DNA of 64,000 nt, from positions 108,842-172,841 of the forward strand of contig OZ219801.1 in assembly GCA_964291655.2 (NCBI GenBank), written 5' to 3'. Source of the DNA: Chloroflexota bacterium. GTDB taxonomy: Bacteria > Chloroflexota > UBA11872 > VXOZ01. The notes beneath the pieces were generated by a model, which was not told where the DNA came from, searched no databases, and saw only the letters and a list, made by a program, of their open reading frames with translations. Made by a program: the position numbers and the translations under genes. Within the stretch, counting starts at the first letter, position 1. Each line of letters begins with the position of its first letter. Below are positions 10,265 to 20,819 of this stretch, one piece after another.

Positions 10265-10437
10265 ATGTTCTTAGACATTTACCCAGGGGCGCACACATGG
10301 CAAGATTGCCGACAATGTGATGATGGAAGGCTAAGAAAGCCAATTAAAGGTCAATCATCTCGACACATGCAAAAGAGCGTCAAGAATAGTCCAACCAGCC
10401 CATCGCTTTCACCAACCCTCGGAGGATAGAAGGGAAC

Positions 10438-11631
10438 ATGAACAGTCAACAGCCGGTAATCCTGGCCGCTGCCCGCACGCCGATTGGGAAATTCGGCGGC
10501 GCGCTGAGTGAACTCGCGGCTCCTGAATTAGGTGTAGTTGCCTCACAGGCGGCGTTGGCGCGGGCAGAGATCGCGCCCGACGAAATACAGGTTTCGATTT
10601 TCGGTCAAGTTTACCAGGGCGGCAGCGGCATGAATCCGGCGCGACAGGTTAGCATTCGCGCCGGCGTGCCTGAAGGGTCGCCGGCCATGACCATCAACCA
10701 GGTCTGTGCATCGGGACTGCAAGCCGTTGGGCTTGCCGCCCAGTACATTCGCCTGGGGGAAATCGATGTGGCCTTAGCCGGCGGCATGGAATGTATGAGC
10801 CAAGCCCCCTATGTGTTACCCGATGCACGGTGGGGCAGCAAGCTGGGACATGCCAGAGTCGTGGATACCCTCCTTGGCGACGGCCTCTGGGATGCCTTTG
10901 CCGACTGCCACATGGCGACCACCGCCGATGCCCTCGCGCAGGAATATGGCATTTCGCGGGAAGCGCAAGACGAGTATGCGCTGGAGAGCCAGCAACGCTA
11001 CGCAGCCGCGCGGCGGGCTTGCTTCCTTTCTGGCGAGATAGTCCCTGTTTCGGTGCCCCAGCGCCGCGGTGCACCAAGAGTCATAGACGATGATGAATAC
11101 CCCCGGCCGGATACAGACCGAGAAGCGTTGGCCTCGCTCCGACCGGCTTTCAAAGACGTTACGACCATCACCGCCGGCAACGCCTCCGGCATCAACGACG
11201 GTGCGGCTGCCGTCGTGGTGGCATCCGCAGAGTGGGCGCAAGCGCACAATCGGCAGCCGCTTGCCATCCTCAGGGAGGTCACGACCACCGGCGTTGCACC
11301 GGTGCGCATGGGTATCGGGCCGGCCAAGGCAATTCGAATCCTCCTTGAGAAGACCGGACTTACTCTGGACGACATTGACCTACTCGAAGTCAACGAAGCC
11401 TTCGCCGCGCAAGTGCTCTCAGTCGAAGCCGAACTTAAGTGGGACCGCTCACGGGTGAACGTAAATGGCGGCGCTATTGCCGTCGGTCACCCGGTCGGCG
11501 CCAGCGGCGCCCGCATATTGGGTACGCTGATCTTCGAAATGGAACGCCGCAACGTGCGGCGGGGCATTGCCGCGCTGTGCGCTGGCGGCGGCATGGGCAT
11601 CGCCGCGTTGGTGGAACGAGAGGTGCACTAG
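10438..11631 (+). CDS. Acetyl-CoA C-acetyltransferase (thiolase II)
   Basis: 397 aa. Active-site Cys block NQVCASGLQA. C-terminal NVNGGAIAVGHPVGASG and CAGGGMG thiolase signatures. Confidence 0.9.
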   Translation: MNSQQPVILAAARTPIGKFGGALSELAAPELGVVASQAALARAEIAPDEIQVSIFGQVYQGGSGMNPARQVSIRAGVPEGSPAMTINQVCASGLQAVGLAAQYIRLGEIDVALAGGMECMSQAPYVLPDARWGSKLGHARVVDTLLGDGLWDAFADCHMATTADALAQEYGISREAQDEYALESQQRYAAARRACFLSGEIVPVSVPQRRGAPRVIDDDEYPRPDTDREALASLRPAFKDVTTITAGNASGINDGAAAVVVASAEWAQAHNRQPLAILREVTTTGVAPVRMGIGPAKAIRILLEKTGLTLDDIDLLEVNEAFAAQVLSVEAELKWDRSRVNVNGGAIAVGHPVGASGARILGTLIFEMERRNVRRGIAALCAGGGMGIAALVEREVH

Positions 11632-11635
11632 CTTC

Positions 11636-12394
<759 letters not shown>

Positions 12395-12487
12395 GAATAT
12401 ATCATGGGTTCGGTTCCGACGTAGCGCGGGGGCTTGTCCCCCAATCTGCCTGAGAACACGACCTCTAGGCCCGAAAGGAAACGTCCG

Positions 12488-13150
12488 ATGCTCATCGACA
12501 CCGCACAATTCAAGACCAAACACCTCGCCGCCGACGACGTGCTTCCACCCGAGAAGACCGCGCTCATCATCGTGGACATGATGCGGCGCTTCTGCGATCC
12601 GACTTGGCTGGGAAGCGGTAGCAAAGAGAGCGAGCAGTGGTTTACGGCGGAATTGCAGACTGTGATCCCCAACCTGCGCTCGATCCTGGACGCCTTTCGC
12701 GCCTCCGGCGGCCTCGTGGTCCATGTCGTTAATGCCAAATGGACCGAGGAGGCGCGCGAGGCCGTGCCCTACCAGCGGGGCCGCGACTACGATTACTTCG
12801 ACTCCCACGCCATGTCCGTGACCGACGAACTTGCTCCTCAACGCGACGAGATCGTCGTACGGAAGCTGACGAGCTCCGCCTTCACCGGCACGGGTCTTGA
12901 CTACATGCTCAACAACGCGGGCATAAAGAATGTGGTCCTCACCGGACAGTATGGTGGTGCCTGTGTGTTCTACAGCCTCATCCAGAGCCGAGAATACGGC
13001 TTCACCAATTACTGGCCCAGTGACGCCATTCTCCACGCCTCGGCCCTTGATCAAGCCATGATTACACCGCTGGTGGGCACACGCTGGGCGACGTTAGCTA
13101 CCTCCGCGCAGGTCGCGCAGGCAATCACCGGTCAGCGCACTTCGGCGTGA
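12488..13150 (+). CDS. Isochorismatase-family cysteine hydrolase
   Basis: Blocks ALIIVDM, VRKLTSSAFTGTGLD and the catalytic-Cys block LTGQYGGACV. ATG 12488 preceded by AAAGGAAA; the track start 12434 is a TTG. Confidence 0.75.
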   Translation: MLIDTAQFKTKHLAADDVLPPEKTALIIVDMMRRFCDPTWLGSGSKESEQWFTAELQTVIPNLRSILDAFRASGGLVVHVVNAKWTEEAREAVPYQRGRDYDYFDSHAMSVTDELAPQRDEIVVRKLTSSAFTGTGLDYMLNNAGIKNVVLTGQYGGACVFYSLIQSREYGFTNYWPSDAILHASALDQAMITPLVGTRWATLATSAQVAQAITGQRTSA

Positions 13151-13215
13151 AGGGCCACTCCACGTTACTGTTTTCAAATGCCGACCAGGAATAGATTGAA
13201 CGGTCCGACCTGCCC

Positions 13216-13240
13216 GTCACTCCCGTGAAAACGGGAATCC
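13216..13240. repeat. REP-like hairpin, family B (gtcaYtccSgNgaaaRcSggaatcc)
   Basis: gtcactcccgtgaaaacgggaatcc, stem tcccg/cggga. Related copies at 35464-35487 (inverted) and 54472-54496. Confidence 0.8.
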
Positions 13241-13471
13241 ATCTCTTCCGCGCATAGAGGATTTCCCCTGCCAGTCTGTTCGCAGGTACGAGTCTTGTTC
13301 TGAGCCACCGTTGCAATGCACACTCAATTGAGCCGGCACTCCCATCCCGTCGCGCCGCCAAGCAACGCGCTTTGGCACAGGACTTCGCTTCAATTCTGCT
13401 TGACACTCGGCAAATGCGCTGCTAATCTGCAACCATCCGGTTGGTTGGAGCATCCACAGAGGAGCTTTCAA

Positions 13472-14857
13472 ATGACACGACGAAAAGTGCTACTCGGACT
13501 TGGTTCCGGCGCAAGTTTGGCGCTCTTGGCGGCCTGCGGTCAGGCAACGATGACGTCCGATGAGGCGCCGGCAGCCGCAGAAGAGACGGAGGCTAAGGCG
13601 GAAGAGCAGCCTGCCGCTCCTGAGACTTACGAAATCCGGGTCTTTACAACGGCTACATGGGACCTCAGCCAGGGCATTGGGCTAGAGGTTGTGCAGGAGT
13701 TGGAAGAAGCGAACCCCGGCATCACCGTAAACGCCACGGCGGAGTCCGGCAACCGCATGGACAAGATGGTGACGGCCGTCGCCGCCGGTTTTGGCCTCGA
13801 TGTCGGCCAGGCGGGTTCGTGGCAGTCCCAGACATTGGCCGTGCTCAAGGTACCGCATGGCCTCGACTCTTACATGGCGGCCTCAGACGTTATCAAGAAA
13901 GAGGAGATTTGGGAATCGCTGCGCGGCGACCTGGAGTGGAAGGGCGTTGTGCATGGCATGCCCTTCGGACCCGACATCCGCTTCCTCTACGTCGGTAATA
14001 AAGCCTACCTCGACGCGGGATTAGACCCCGAGAATCCACCAGCATCGTGGACTGATCTTGAAGACGCAATCTCGACGCTCTACACCGTGAGCGGTGACAA
14101 GATTGAGAAACTGGGGTTCGACCCCTTGCGCGGCACCGGCGGCAACCACCTTTGGATGGTTCCCATGTGGCAGTTGGGCGGTGATACTACTTCCCCCGAG
14201 GGACTCGTCACTCTTGACACGCCCGAGGCTGAAGAGGCCCTGAACTGGCAGAAGCGCAATATCTACGATGCCCAGGGCGGCTACAACCAGGTGTTGGATT
14301 TTTGGGGAGAAGCAGCCCGCTATCCGGCTTACTTCCAACCGTTCTTCCAGGGCGTGGTCGGCAATATGCACCTGACCAATTCTGAGCGAGCCACCCAGAT
14401 TTGGCCGAACAATCCTGACTTTGAATTCAGCTTTGGCCCGTATCCTGTCCCTGAAGGCGGTCGCCAGGCCGGCTACGGCGGTTGCCATACCTGGTTCCTG
14501 ACCGTTGACTCGCCGGATCCGGAAAAGGGTTGGAAGTTCCTCGAGCACTTTGGCAGTGCGGGCGTAAATGTCCGGTGGGCGCAGCACTTCGATCGTTTGC
14601 CGATTCGCGCTGATGTGGCCAATGACGAGGAATATCATCAGGGCGACGAATTCGTGCTCTTCGCGGCTAACATGATGCAGCACCGCAAATTTGTCATACC
14701 CTTGCCGGGCGCGCCCCAGGTTCTCTCGTTTGTCAACGGTTTCGTGCCTGACGTCATGGCGGGTAACCGCACGATCCCCGAAGCTCTCAAGGAAGCCGAA
14801 GAGCAGGTCCAGACTATCCTCGACGACTTCTTGGCTGAACACGGCGAAACGCGGTAG
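13472..14857 (+). CDS. ABC-transporter extracellular solute-binding lipoprotein (family 1, sugar-type), no adjacent permease or ATPase
   Basis: ATG 13472 preceded by GAGGAG. Lipoprotein signal MTRRKVLLGLGSGASLALLAAC. Shares the GLDPENPP..W and GG.HTW blocks with the paralogue at 55552-56943. Confidence 0.8.
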   Translation: MTRRKVLLGLGSGASLALLAACGQATMTSDEAPAAAEETEAKAEEQPAAPETYEIRVFTTATWDLSQGIGLEVVQELEEANPGITVNATAESGNRMDKMVTAVAAGFGLDVGQAGSWQSQTLAVLKVPHGLDSYMAASDVIKKEEIWESLRGDLEWKGVVHGMPFGPDIRFLYVGNKAYLDAGLDPENPPASWTDLEDAISTLYTVSGDKIEKLGFDPLRGTGGNHLWMVPMWQLGGDTTSPEGLVTLDTPEAEEALNWQKRNIYDAQGGYNQVLDFWGEAARYPAYFQPFFQGVVGNMHLTNSERATQIWPNNPDFEFSFGPYPVPEGGRQAGYGGCHTWFLTVDSPDPEKGWKFLEHFGSAGVNVRWAQHFDRLPIRADVANDEEYHQGDEFVLFAANMMQHRKFVIPLPGAPQVLSFVNGFVPDVMAGNRTIPEALKEAEEQVQTILDDFLAEHGETR

Positions 14858-14888
14858 GTCCTGCCCATCAACTCGTAGCGTCAACGGA

Positions 14889-14918
14889 GAAGGAGGAGGT
14901 CAGGCGGCCTCCTCCTTC
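14889..14918 (+). other. Stable intercistronic hairpin (perfect 11-bp stem, no U-tract)
   Basis: gaaggaggagg-tcaggcgg-cctcctccttc. Lies between the SBP stop (14857) and the next start (14942). Confidence 0.6.
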
Positions 14919-14941
14919 CGCACTTCAACGAAAGGTGTCTC

Positions 14942-16087
14942 GTGATAAGCGAGGATCCTAGACTAACCGGAGCCGACGTAGACCCGCTGCGGCAGCAACT
15001 CTTTGAGGCGTATGACAACTGGCTCATGCTCCAATGCCGCGTGCGCTATAACGCCCGCGGCGAAAACTGGCAGCGGGACTACTCAAATCAGGATGCGTAT
15101 CTGAAGTCAATTGAACCAAATCGCGAGCGCCTGCTCGCCATGATCGGCGGCTGGCCGTGGGAGCGCGGCCCGTTGGAGCCGCGCATCGAGGAAATCGCCG
15201 CTACTGACACCTACACGGCTTCCCGCGTCTGGTATACGTCATTCGACGACGTGCGCGTGGACGCTATTCTCATTCGCCCTCACGGCCCGGGGCCGTTTCC
15301 GGCGGTGCTCGCCCAGCACGGCGTCAATCACACGCCGGAGCAGATTTGCGGGTTTTGCGACCCAGAGCACAGCGCCGCGTACCACGAGATCGGCGTGCGC
15401 CTCGTCAAGCATGGCTATGTCGTCATCGCGCCGCGCATGATTGGCGGTTACGGCGAAGACCGCTTCAACGTGCCCAACATTCCCTCCCTACGTCAGCAGG
15501 AGCAGGGCCGCGCCCAGAACCAGATTCACCGCAAGGCAATTCTCATCGGCCAGAGCATACAGGCGTTGGAGTATTTTACGCTTTCCCGCGCCGTCGACTA
15601 CCTGGAATCGTTGCCGGAAGTGGCCAACGACCGCATCGGCCTCTACGGCCTTTCGCGCGGCGGCCGTGCCGCCCTCTGGCTGGGGGCTCTGGAGCAACGC
15701 TTGCAGGCGGTGGTCTCATCGGCCTGGTTCAACGAGCGCTTCAGCAAGATGCTGCAGCCGGAGATAATCAAAGTCGGTTCCTTCATTGAGACTTCATCCG
15801 AATTTCAATTCATCCCAGGTCTTTTTCATGAGTTTGGCGATGCCGACATAGCCTCTCTCATCTGCCCGCGCGCCTTCTTCGTGGAGGACGGCAAGCACGA
15901 CCGCGCCGTGTGGTGGCCGAAAGCAATCCAAGAGTTTGAGTTGGTTGAAGCCAATTACGAAAACCTTGGCATTCCTGAAAAGTGCGGCATTCGCATTCAC
16001 GAACAAGGTCATGAGACGGAACCGGAAGCGGAGATCACGGATATCCAAGCCGTGGCGTTTCTCGACCGCTGGCTGAAGGCTGTGTGA
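14942..16087 (+). CDS. Alpha/beta-fold hydrolase (dienelactone hydrolase / esterase-like)
   Basis: 381 aa, GTG start preceded by GAAAGG. GxSxG nucleophile elbow (GLYGLSRGG). Subfamily assignment is tentative. Confidence 0.6.
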   Translation: MISEDPRLTGADVDPLRQQLFEAYDNWLMLQCRVRYNARGENWQRDYSNQDAYLKSIEPNRERLLAMIGGWPWERGPLEPRIEEIAATDTYTASRVWYTSFDDVRVDAILIRPHGPGPFPAVLAQHGVNHTPEQICGFCDPEHSAAYHEIGVRLVKHGYVVIAPRMIGGYGEDRFNVPNIPSLRQQEQGRAQNQIHRKAILIGQSIQALEYFTLSRAVDYLESLPEVANDRIGLYGLSRGGRAALWLGALEQRLQAVVSSAWFNERFSKMLQPEIIKVGSFIETSSEFQFIPGLFHEFGDADIASLICPRAFFVEDGKHDRAVWWPKAIQEFELVEANYENLGIPEKCGIRIHEQGHETEPEAEITDIQAVAFLDRWLKAV

Positions 16088-16162
16088 GGAGTTTCCGCCT
16101 TGCGCGCCGCACTGAAATGCAATCGAAAGCAATGTCCTTTCAATCTTGAATTGACAGCAGTG

Positions 16163-16188
16163 CTGCCGTTCGCCCTGAGCTTGTCGAA
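16163..16188. repeat. REP-like element, family D (inverted copy)
   Basis: ctgccgttcgccctgagcttgtcgaa is the reverse complement of ttcgacaagctcagggcgaacggcag. It matches ttcaacaagctcagtgcgaacggcag at 16759-16784. Confidence 0.8.
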
Positions 16189-16380
16189 GGGCATTCCGAC
16201 AATTTTGTGCCTTGGAAGTGGCGTCTTTAGTAATGCTGCGTAGCCACTTCACCACAAACGGTATCCCGGTAGGCCCTGTAGTCGCCTAGACTTGAGGATG
16301 AGTCACGATGCCAAGACTCTTAAATTTCTTCATCGATCCCTACGTCGTGCTCCGACGGGATGAAACCACGGGCGACGACT

Positions 16381-16407
16381 CCGGTAGCGCAGGTTTGCAG
16401 CCTGCGC
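16381..16407. repeat. REP-like hairpin, family A
   Basis: ccggtagcgcaggtttgcagcctgcgc, one mismatch to the copy at 2532. Confidence 0.9.
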
Positions 16408-16758
16408 TAACACGCGAGCTTGAAGTCCATGTCGCCGGTCTCGCCTGCACGAGCATATGAGCGCGGCGTACACAGGAGGGCCTTGCGTCACTCCCGGGCG
16501 TCCAAGAGACTAGTTTCAACCCTAAAACCGATACCTTTTCTGTCCGCTATCACGGGGACGAGCTAGATCTCGCTAGTGTCAACGCAGCGGTGCGCGGGAA
16601 GGTGGTCGCCAAGCCGGTGCGCAGGCTGCTTGCTTGGATCAGTCGCCCGTTTCGCCACGCCCCGAAAGCATGAACCCAGTGGGCGCGCCGGACTCCAACC
16701 ACCTAGTTGAAGACCGGAATAAGAGGGTGGAAGGGAACTCCCGCTCTGCCGTCCACAC

Positions 16759-16784
16759 TTCAACAAGCTCAGTGCGAACGGCAG
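16759..16784. repeat. REP-like element, family D
   Basis: ttcaacaagctcagtgcgaacggcag, embedded in a hairpin ctctgccgt...acggcagag (16744-16786). Confidence 0.8.
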
Positions 16785-16967
16785 AGCTTACCGCGAACTA
16801 CTTGTGCTTGGCGATGCGAATTTTCTTCGACACGCCTCAACTCAACGCATGCAACTTTGCATCGCTCTCGCTTGTATCTCCTCCCAAGAGCGTCTAAAGT
16901 GAGGCTAATGTTTGCGTAGTCACTCAAGACCTAGCGCACACTTGACGCGAACTCCCTTTGACCGTTA

Positions 16968-18044
16968 GTGCCAAGAGGACGTACATTCGTGCCTGCACCC
17001 TCATCTGACACAGCGCCCAATACCGCAGGGGATCACAAAGAACCCCCAATTCTGACCACCGTGGTGGGGAGTTATCCGGTGCCCGGCTGGCTGCTCGCCA
17101 TGCCCAGCAGATCGGCGCTGCGCGACGCCATGCTCGCAGTCTTCAAGACCCAGGAACTTGCCGGCATCGACGTGGTGACGGACGGCGAACTCTCCCGCTT
17201 CGACGTCAACCATCCGGAAACCCAGGGTATGATCGAATACTTTATTTCCCCCTTGTCGGGCGTAGACGTGGAGTTTAGTCGCGCTGATGTAGACGCTTTT
17301 CGTCAGCAGGCGGGCATGCAGTTTCGCAGACAGCCGGCGGGGGTCGTACGAGAGGCAATTGGCGCGGGCACGCTTGACCTGCCGTCCGCCGCAAATGGTG
17401 TGACCTTCACCACGAGGCCCTACAAGTTCACGGTCACCAGCCCATACATGTTGGCGAAATCTCTGCTTGACGTTCACTATCGCGACATTCGCCAACTGGC
17501 ATTCGCGATTGCCGATGTCTTTCGGGAACAGGTCGCGGACCTCGATGCCGCCGTCCTGCAAATTGACGAGGCAAATCTGGTTGGCTCTCCGCAGGATGGC
17601 GAGTGGGCGGCCGACGTGCTCAACCACGTTTTTGCGGGGTTCAAAGGACAAAAAGGAGTGCATCTCTGCTTTGGCAACTACGGCGGCCAGACCGTTCAAC
17701 AGGGCCTCTTCAAAGACCTGTTGCCCTTCTTCAACCGGCTCGCGTGCGACCATCTAATCTTGGAATTCGCCCGGCCCGGAGATTCCGAACTGCCGGTCTT
17801 CAAGGACTTGCAGCCCGCTGTGAGCCTGGGTATCGGCGTTATTGACATCAAGGACAACGCCGTGGAGACTCCGGACCTCATCGCCCGCCGCATCGAGCGC
17901 GCTGTCACCGTATTAGGCGCGGACCGCATCAAGTGGGTGCACCCGGACTGCGGCTTCTGGATGCTCTCGCGCATCGTGGCCGATCAGAAGATGGCTGCGC
18001 TGGTCGAGGGCCGTGACCTCTATCTCGGAAAGACACGCACCTAA
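16968..18044 (+). CDS. Cobalamin-independent methionine synthase family protein (MetE C-terminal-domain type)
   Basis: 358 aa. N-terminal ILTTVVGSYPVPGWL block. Zn-ligand blocks HLCFGNYGG and WVHPDCGFW. The start (GTG 16968) is uncertain. Confidence 0.75.
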   Translation: MPRGRTFVPAPSSDTAPNTAGDHKEPPILTTVVGSYPVPGWLLAMPSRSALRDAMLAVFKTQELAGIDVVTDGELSRFDVNHPETQGMIEYFISPLSGVDVEFSRADVDAFRQQAGMQFRRQPAGVVREAIGAGTLDLPSAANGVTFTTRPYKFTVTSPYMLAKSLLDVHYRDIRQLAFAIADVFREQVADLDAAVLQIDEANLVGSPQDGEWAADVLNHVFAGFKGQKGVHLCFGNYGGQTVQQGLFKDLLPFFNRLACDHLILEFARPGDSELPVFKDLQPAVSLGIGVIDIKDNAVETPDLIARRIERAVTVLGADRIKWVHPDCGFWMLSRIVADQKMAALVEGRDLYLGKTRT

Positions 18045-18054
18045 GGAGTGACCA

Positions 18055-19113
18055 ATGGGAGAACAAGCGCGCGTAGCCGTTATCACCGCCCCATCGGGCA
18101 CCATGCACGTCAGTGGTTTTCTGGAAATCCTGGCGGCGCTGCCTGAGGTCGCCCAGGTGGCGTTGGTGACGGACGGCGCCGACGACATAGAGACGCATGC
18201 GCAGGCGCATCTTGGCGCACGGCTCGTCGGCACGTTCGCGGATACGGATTCACTGTTTGCCGCCTTCCAACCGGACCTCGCCATTGTTAGTTTGGAACCA
18301 CGCACCGCGCCTCCTGTCATTGCTGCCTGTGTTCGCCAGGGCAGCCACGTGCTTGCCGAGAAACCCGCCTGTCTGCATTGGGAAGATTTTGCGGAACTAG
18401 CTGCTCTGGCTGATGCGCAGCAACGCAATGTCGGCCTCGCCTTTGCCGCGCGGGGCTTTCCCTTCTTGCAAGACGCGAGAAGCCTCGTCGCCAACGGCAC
18501 GCTCGGCAAGCTCTACGGCGTCGACACGTATTTCATCGCCGACCAGACACGCGTGCAGCAAGCTGAATGGCAAGCATCCTGGTTTTCGCAGCAGGCCTTC
18601 GCCGGTGGCGGCCACCTCATATGGCTTGGCATTCATTATGTCGATCTGTTGCACCATCTCACCGGACAGCGCATTGTCGAAGTCGCGGGCCTTACCGCGG
18701 TTGTCGGCGGTGCGCCCATCGATACGGAAGACGCCGCCGTCGCGGTGCTGCGTTTCGAGGACGGCATGGTCGGCACACTGACCTCGGCCTACTACGTGGA
18801 CCGCAACAAGCAGTCGCACCTCCATCTCTGGGGTTCCGATGGCTGGCTGCGGGGAAGGCCCAACGATTGGGAGAGCCTGGAGTGGTATAGCACACATTCC
18901 GCCGAACGCTCCGCGCCCTACCGCACCATCCGGTACGATGCCCCGACAGACGACGCCGCGCCCACGTACTACGGATTGGTGCGGGCGGCGGTGCGCGGCG
19001 CCTTGGGACTGGAAGCACATCCGGTCGCCACGGCGGAGGCCCTGCACGTACTCAAGGTCGTCCACGCCATTTACCGCGCTGCGGAAACCGGCCAGACCCA
19101 GCGGGTTGAGTGA
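18055..19113 (+). CDS. Gfo/Idh/MocA-family oxidoreductase
   Basis: 352 aa. ATG preceded by AAGGAG. N-terminal Rossmann region and the EKP motif (VLAEKPACL). Confidence 0.8.
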   Translation: MGEQARVAVITAPSGTMHVSGFLEILAALPEVAQVALVTDGADDIETHAQAHLGARLVGTFADTDSLFAAFQPDLAIVSLEPRTAPPVIAACVRQGSHVLAEKPACLHWEDFAELAALADAQQRNVGLAFAARGFPFLQDARSLVANGTLGKLYGVDTYFIADQTRVQQAEWQASWFSQQAFAGGGHLIWLGIHYVDLLHHLTGQRIVEVAGLTAVVGGAPIDTEDAAVAVLRFEDGMVGTLTSAYYVDRNKQSHLHLWGSDGWLRGRPNDWESLEWYSTHSAERSAPYRTIRYDAPTDDAAPTYYGLVRAAVRGALGLEAHPVATAEALHVLKVVHAIYRAAETGQTQRVE

Positions 19114-19327
19114 CAAGGTCACGGAGATAGGAGTTCTTGATACCGCAAGAGAGCCAATTCATGACCATCATTGAAGTGATAGAGTCCCGTTTCCAAGTGG
19201 AGGAATTTAGAACCTGCCCAGTCATCACCTTGGGGTGAGGGTGAATCCCCACAACCCGGTCTACACGTACAGATTTGGCACTATGGCGCACAAGTCCTAC
19301 CGGGAGTGGAAGGCACGTTGGCAAGAG

Positions 19328-19360
19328 CCCCTCACCCCAACCCTCTCCCCGAGGAGAGGG
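19328..19360. repeat. REP-like element, family C (inverted copy)
   Basis: cccctcaccccaaccctctccccgaggagaggg with hairpin ccctctcc/ggagaggg, in the spacer between two Gfo/Idh/MocA genes. Confidence 0.8.
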
Positions 19361-19448
19361 AGTGATCTCTGCGTCTCCAGTCGAAGTTGTGCAAAGCATT
19401 ACGCGTGAACTAATTCCAAGGTCTCCATAGGAAAAGAGGGAGTTGGCA

Positions 19449-20552
19449 ATGCAACGATACCGGGCGGCGCTGATCGGCTGTGGGGGGATGAGCAAGTCGC
19501 ACCTTCCCGCGCTTCACGAAGTTGGTGAGATAGACGTCGTTGCCGTCTGCGACATTGACGAGGGCCGACTGCATGCAGTTGGCGACGCGTTCAACGTGGC
19601 AAACCGCTACACCGACTACCACGCCATGTTCGCAGCGGAGAAGCTGGACATCGTCGCCATTGCTACGCAGGGACCCCAACACTGCGCCGCTACGGTAGCG
19701 GCGGCAGAGCATGGCGTCCACGTGCTTTGTGAAAAGCCCATGGCTCTCGACCTTGTTGAGGCCGATCAGATGGTGGAGGCTTGCGACCAGGCCGGCGTGA
19801 AGCTTGCCATTAACCATCAAGCCACGGTGCGCCCGTCCCTGCAACGCATGCGGTCCATGATCGAAAATGGGGACATTGGTGACGTAGTCTTGGTGCGCGG
19901 TAACAACAAGAGCGGGCGCAAAGCCGGTAACGAACTTATGGAGATGGGCACGCACGTCTTCGACCGCATGCAGTTCTTAGGCGGAGCGCCGACCTGGTGC
20001 CTAGCCCACCTTACCTGGGAGGGAAGAGCCGCCACAATTGATGACGCCATGGATTCTCAGGAAATGAGTCCCAGAGACCGCGCCTCCGGTCCGGTGCTGG
20101 GCGAACGAGCCTATGCGCTGTTCGGCATGTCACGCGCACCGGTGGGTGAATGCCAGTTTCTGGGCTATGAGAAGACTGACAACCGGCTCTACAGCGTGGA
20201 CGTGCTTGGTACTAAGGGGCAGCTATCCTTGCGCGGCACCGGCACGCGGCGGGGCAACAGCGATCTCTTCCACCTGCCCGTGCCGGCGTTCTATCCTGCT
20301 GATCTGCAGGATGCGCCTCAATGGCAGCACATAGCGGTGCCGGAAGAGCTCGACCCGCGACTTGGCGAGCACAGCATTACCCCAATCCTGCAAGAGCTAA
20401 TCAAGTCCATCGAGACCGGCAGTGATCACCCCTGCAGCGGCGAGGCGGGCCGCTACAACCTGGAGATGGTGATGGCTATGTATACCTCGCACCTGAGCGG
20501 GCAACGTGTAAGCATTCCTCTCGCCGAGCGAGCACACCCCTTGTCTCCGTGA
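19449..20552 (+). CDS. Gfo/Idh/MocA-family oxidoreductase
   Basis: MQRYRAALIGCGGMSKSH Rossmann N-terminus and EKP motif (VLCEKPMA). ATG 19449 preceded by AAGAGGGAG; the track start 19443 is a TTG. Confidence 0.8.
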   Translation: MQRYRAALIGCGGMSKSHLPALHEVGEIDVVAVCDIDEGRLHAVGDAFNVANRYTDYHAMFAAEKLDIVAIATQGPQHCAATVAAAEHGVHVLCEKPMALDLVEADQMVEACDQAGVKLAINHQATVRPSLQRMRSMIENGDIGDVVLVRGNNKSGRKAGNELMEMGTHVFDRMQFLGGAPTWCLAHLTWEGRAATIDDAMDSQEMSPRDRASGPVLGERAYALFGMSRAPVGECQFLGYEKTDNRLYSVDVLGTKGQLSLRGTGTRRGNSDLFHLPVPAFYPADLQDAPQWQHIAVPEELDPRLGEHSITPILQELIKSIETGSDHPCSGEAGRYNLEMVMAMYTSHLSGQRVSIPLAERAHPLSP

Positions 20553-20663
20553 TTCTCGCGCAACGGGCCGTCTCGCTTCTCAAGCTCAGTATGATTCCAT
20601 GGAGTGCTCTTGACACCTCTCTTACTTGCAGCTGGGGCGAGCATGAAGATACTTAACAACAAA

Positions 20664-20700
20664 CCGCCCCAGGCAGGAATTCTGCCTAGGGCGGCATTTT
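20664..20700. terminator. Bidirectional rho-independent terminator candidate
   Basis: 13-bp stem ccgccccaggcag / ctgcctagggcgg (one mismatch), 5-nt loop. Followed by TTTT on the + strand and by tttgttgtt on the - strand. Lies between convergent genes ending at 20552 and 20820. Confidence 0.6.
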
Positions 20701-20819
20701 GGATGCCTATTCCTCTTGGAGCGCTGTCAATGGCACTCCACAGCGCAGTAGACGATTGCCTCTAGGACTCTTGCCGAACGCGTCGTGCAGAGGCAAGGCC
20801 ATCAATGATTGACTATCCC

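Noticed and set aside
9792-10429. Small ORFs (76, 65 and 84 aa) in the 700-bp spacer before the thiolase gene
   Set aside because: Their translations (HSEERSDEESRV, PSPLSEGWGEGM) are read-throughs of the family-E and family-C repeats, which recur elsewhere in non-coding positions.
16560-16800. Cobalamin or SAM riboswitch in the leader of the MetE-like gene
   Set aside because: Fragments resemble pieces of a cobalamin element (GGGAAGGTGG, GAAGACCGG). I could not assemble the conserved core (GCCACTG box, B12 box) or a SAM-I four-way junction in the right order. The question is left open as a finding that needs a covariance-model scan.
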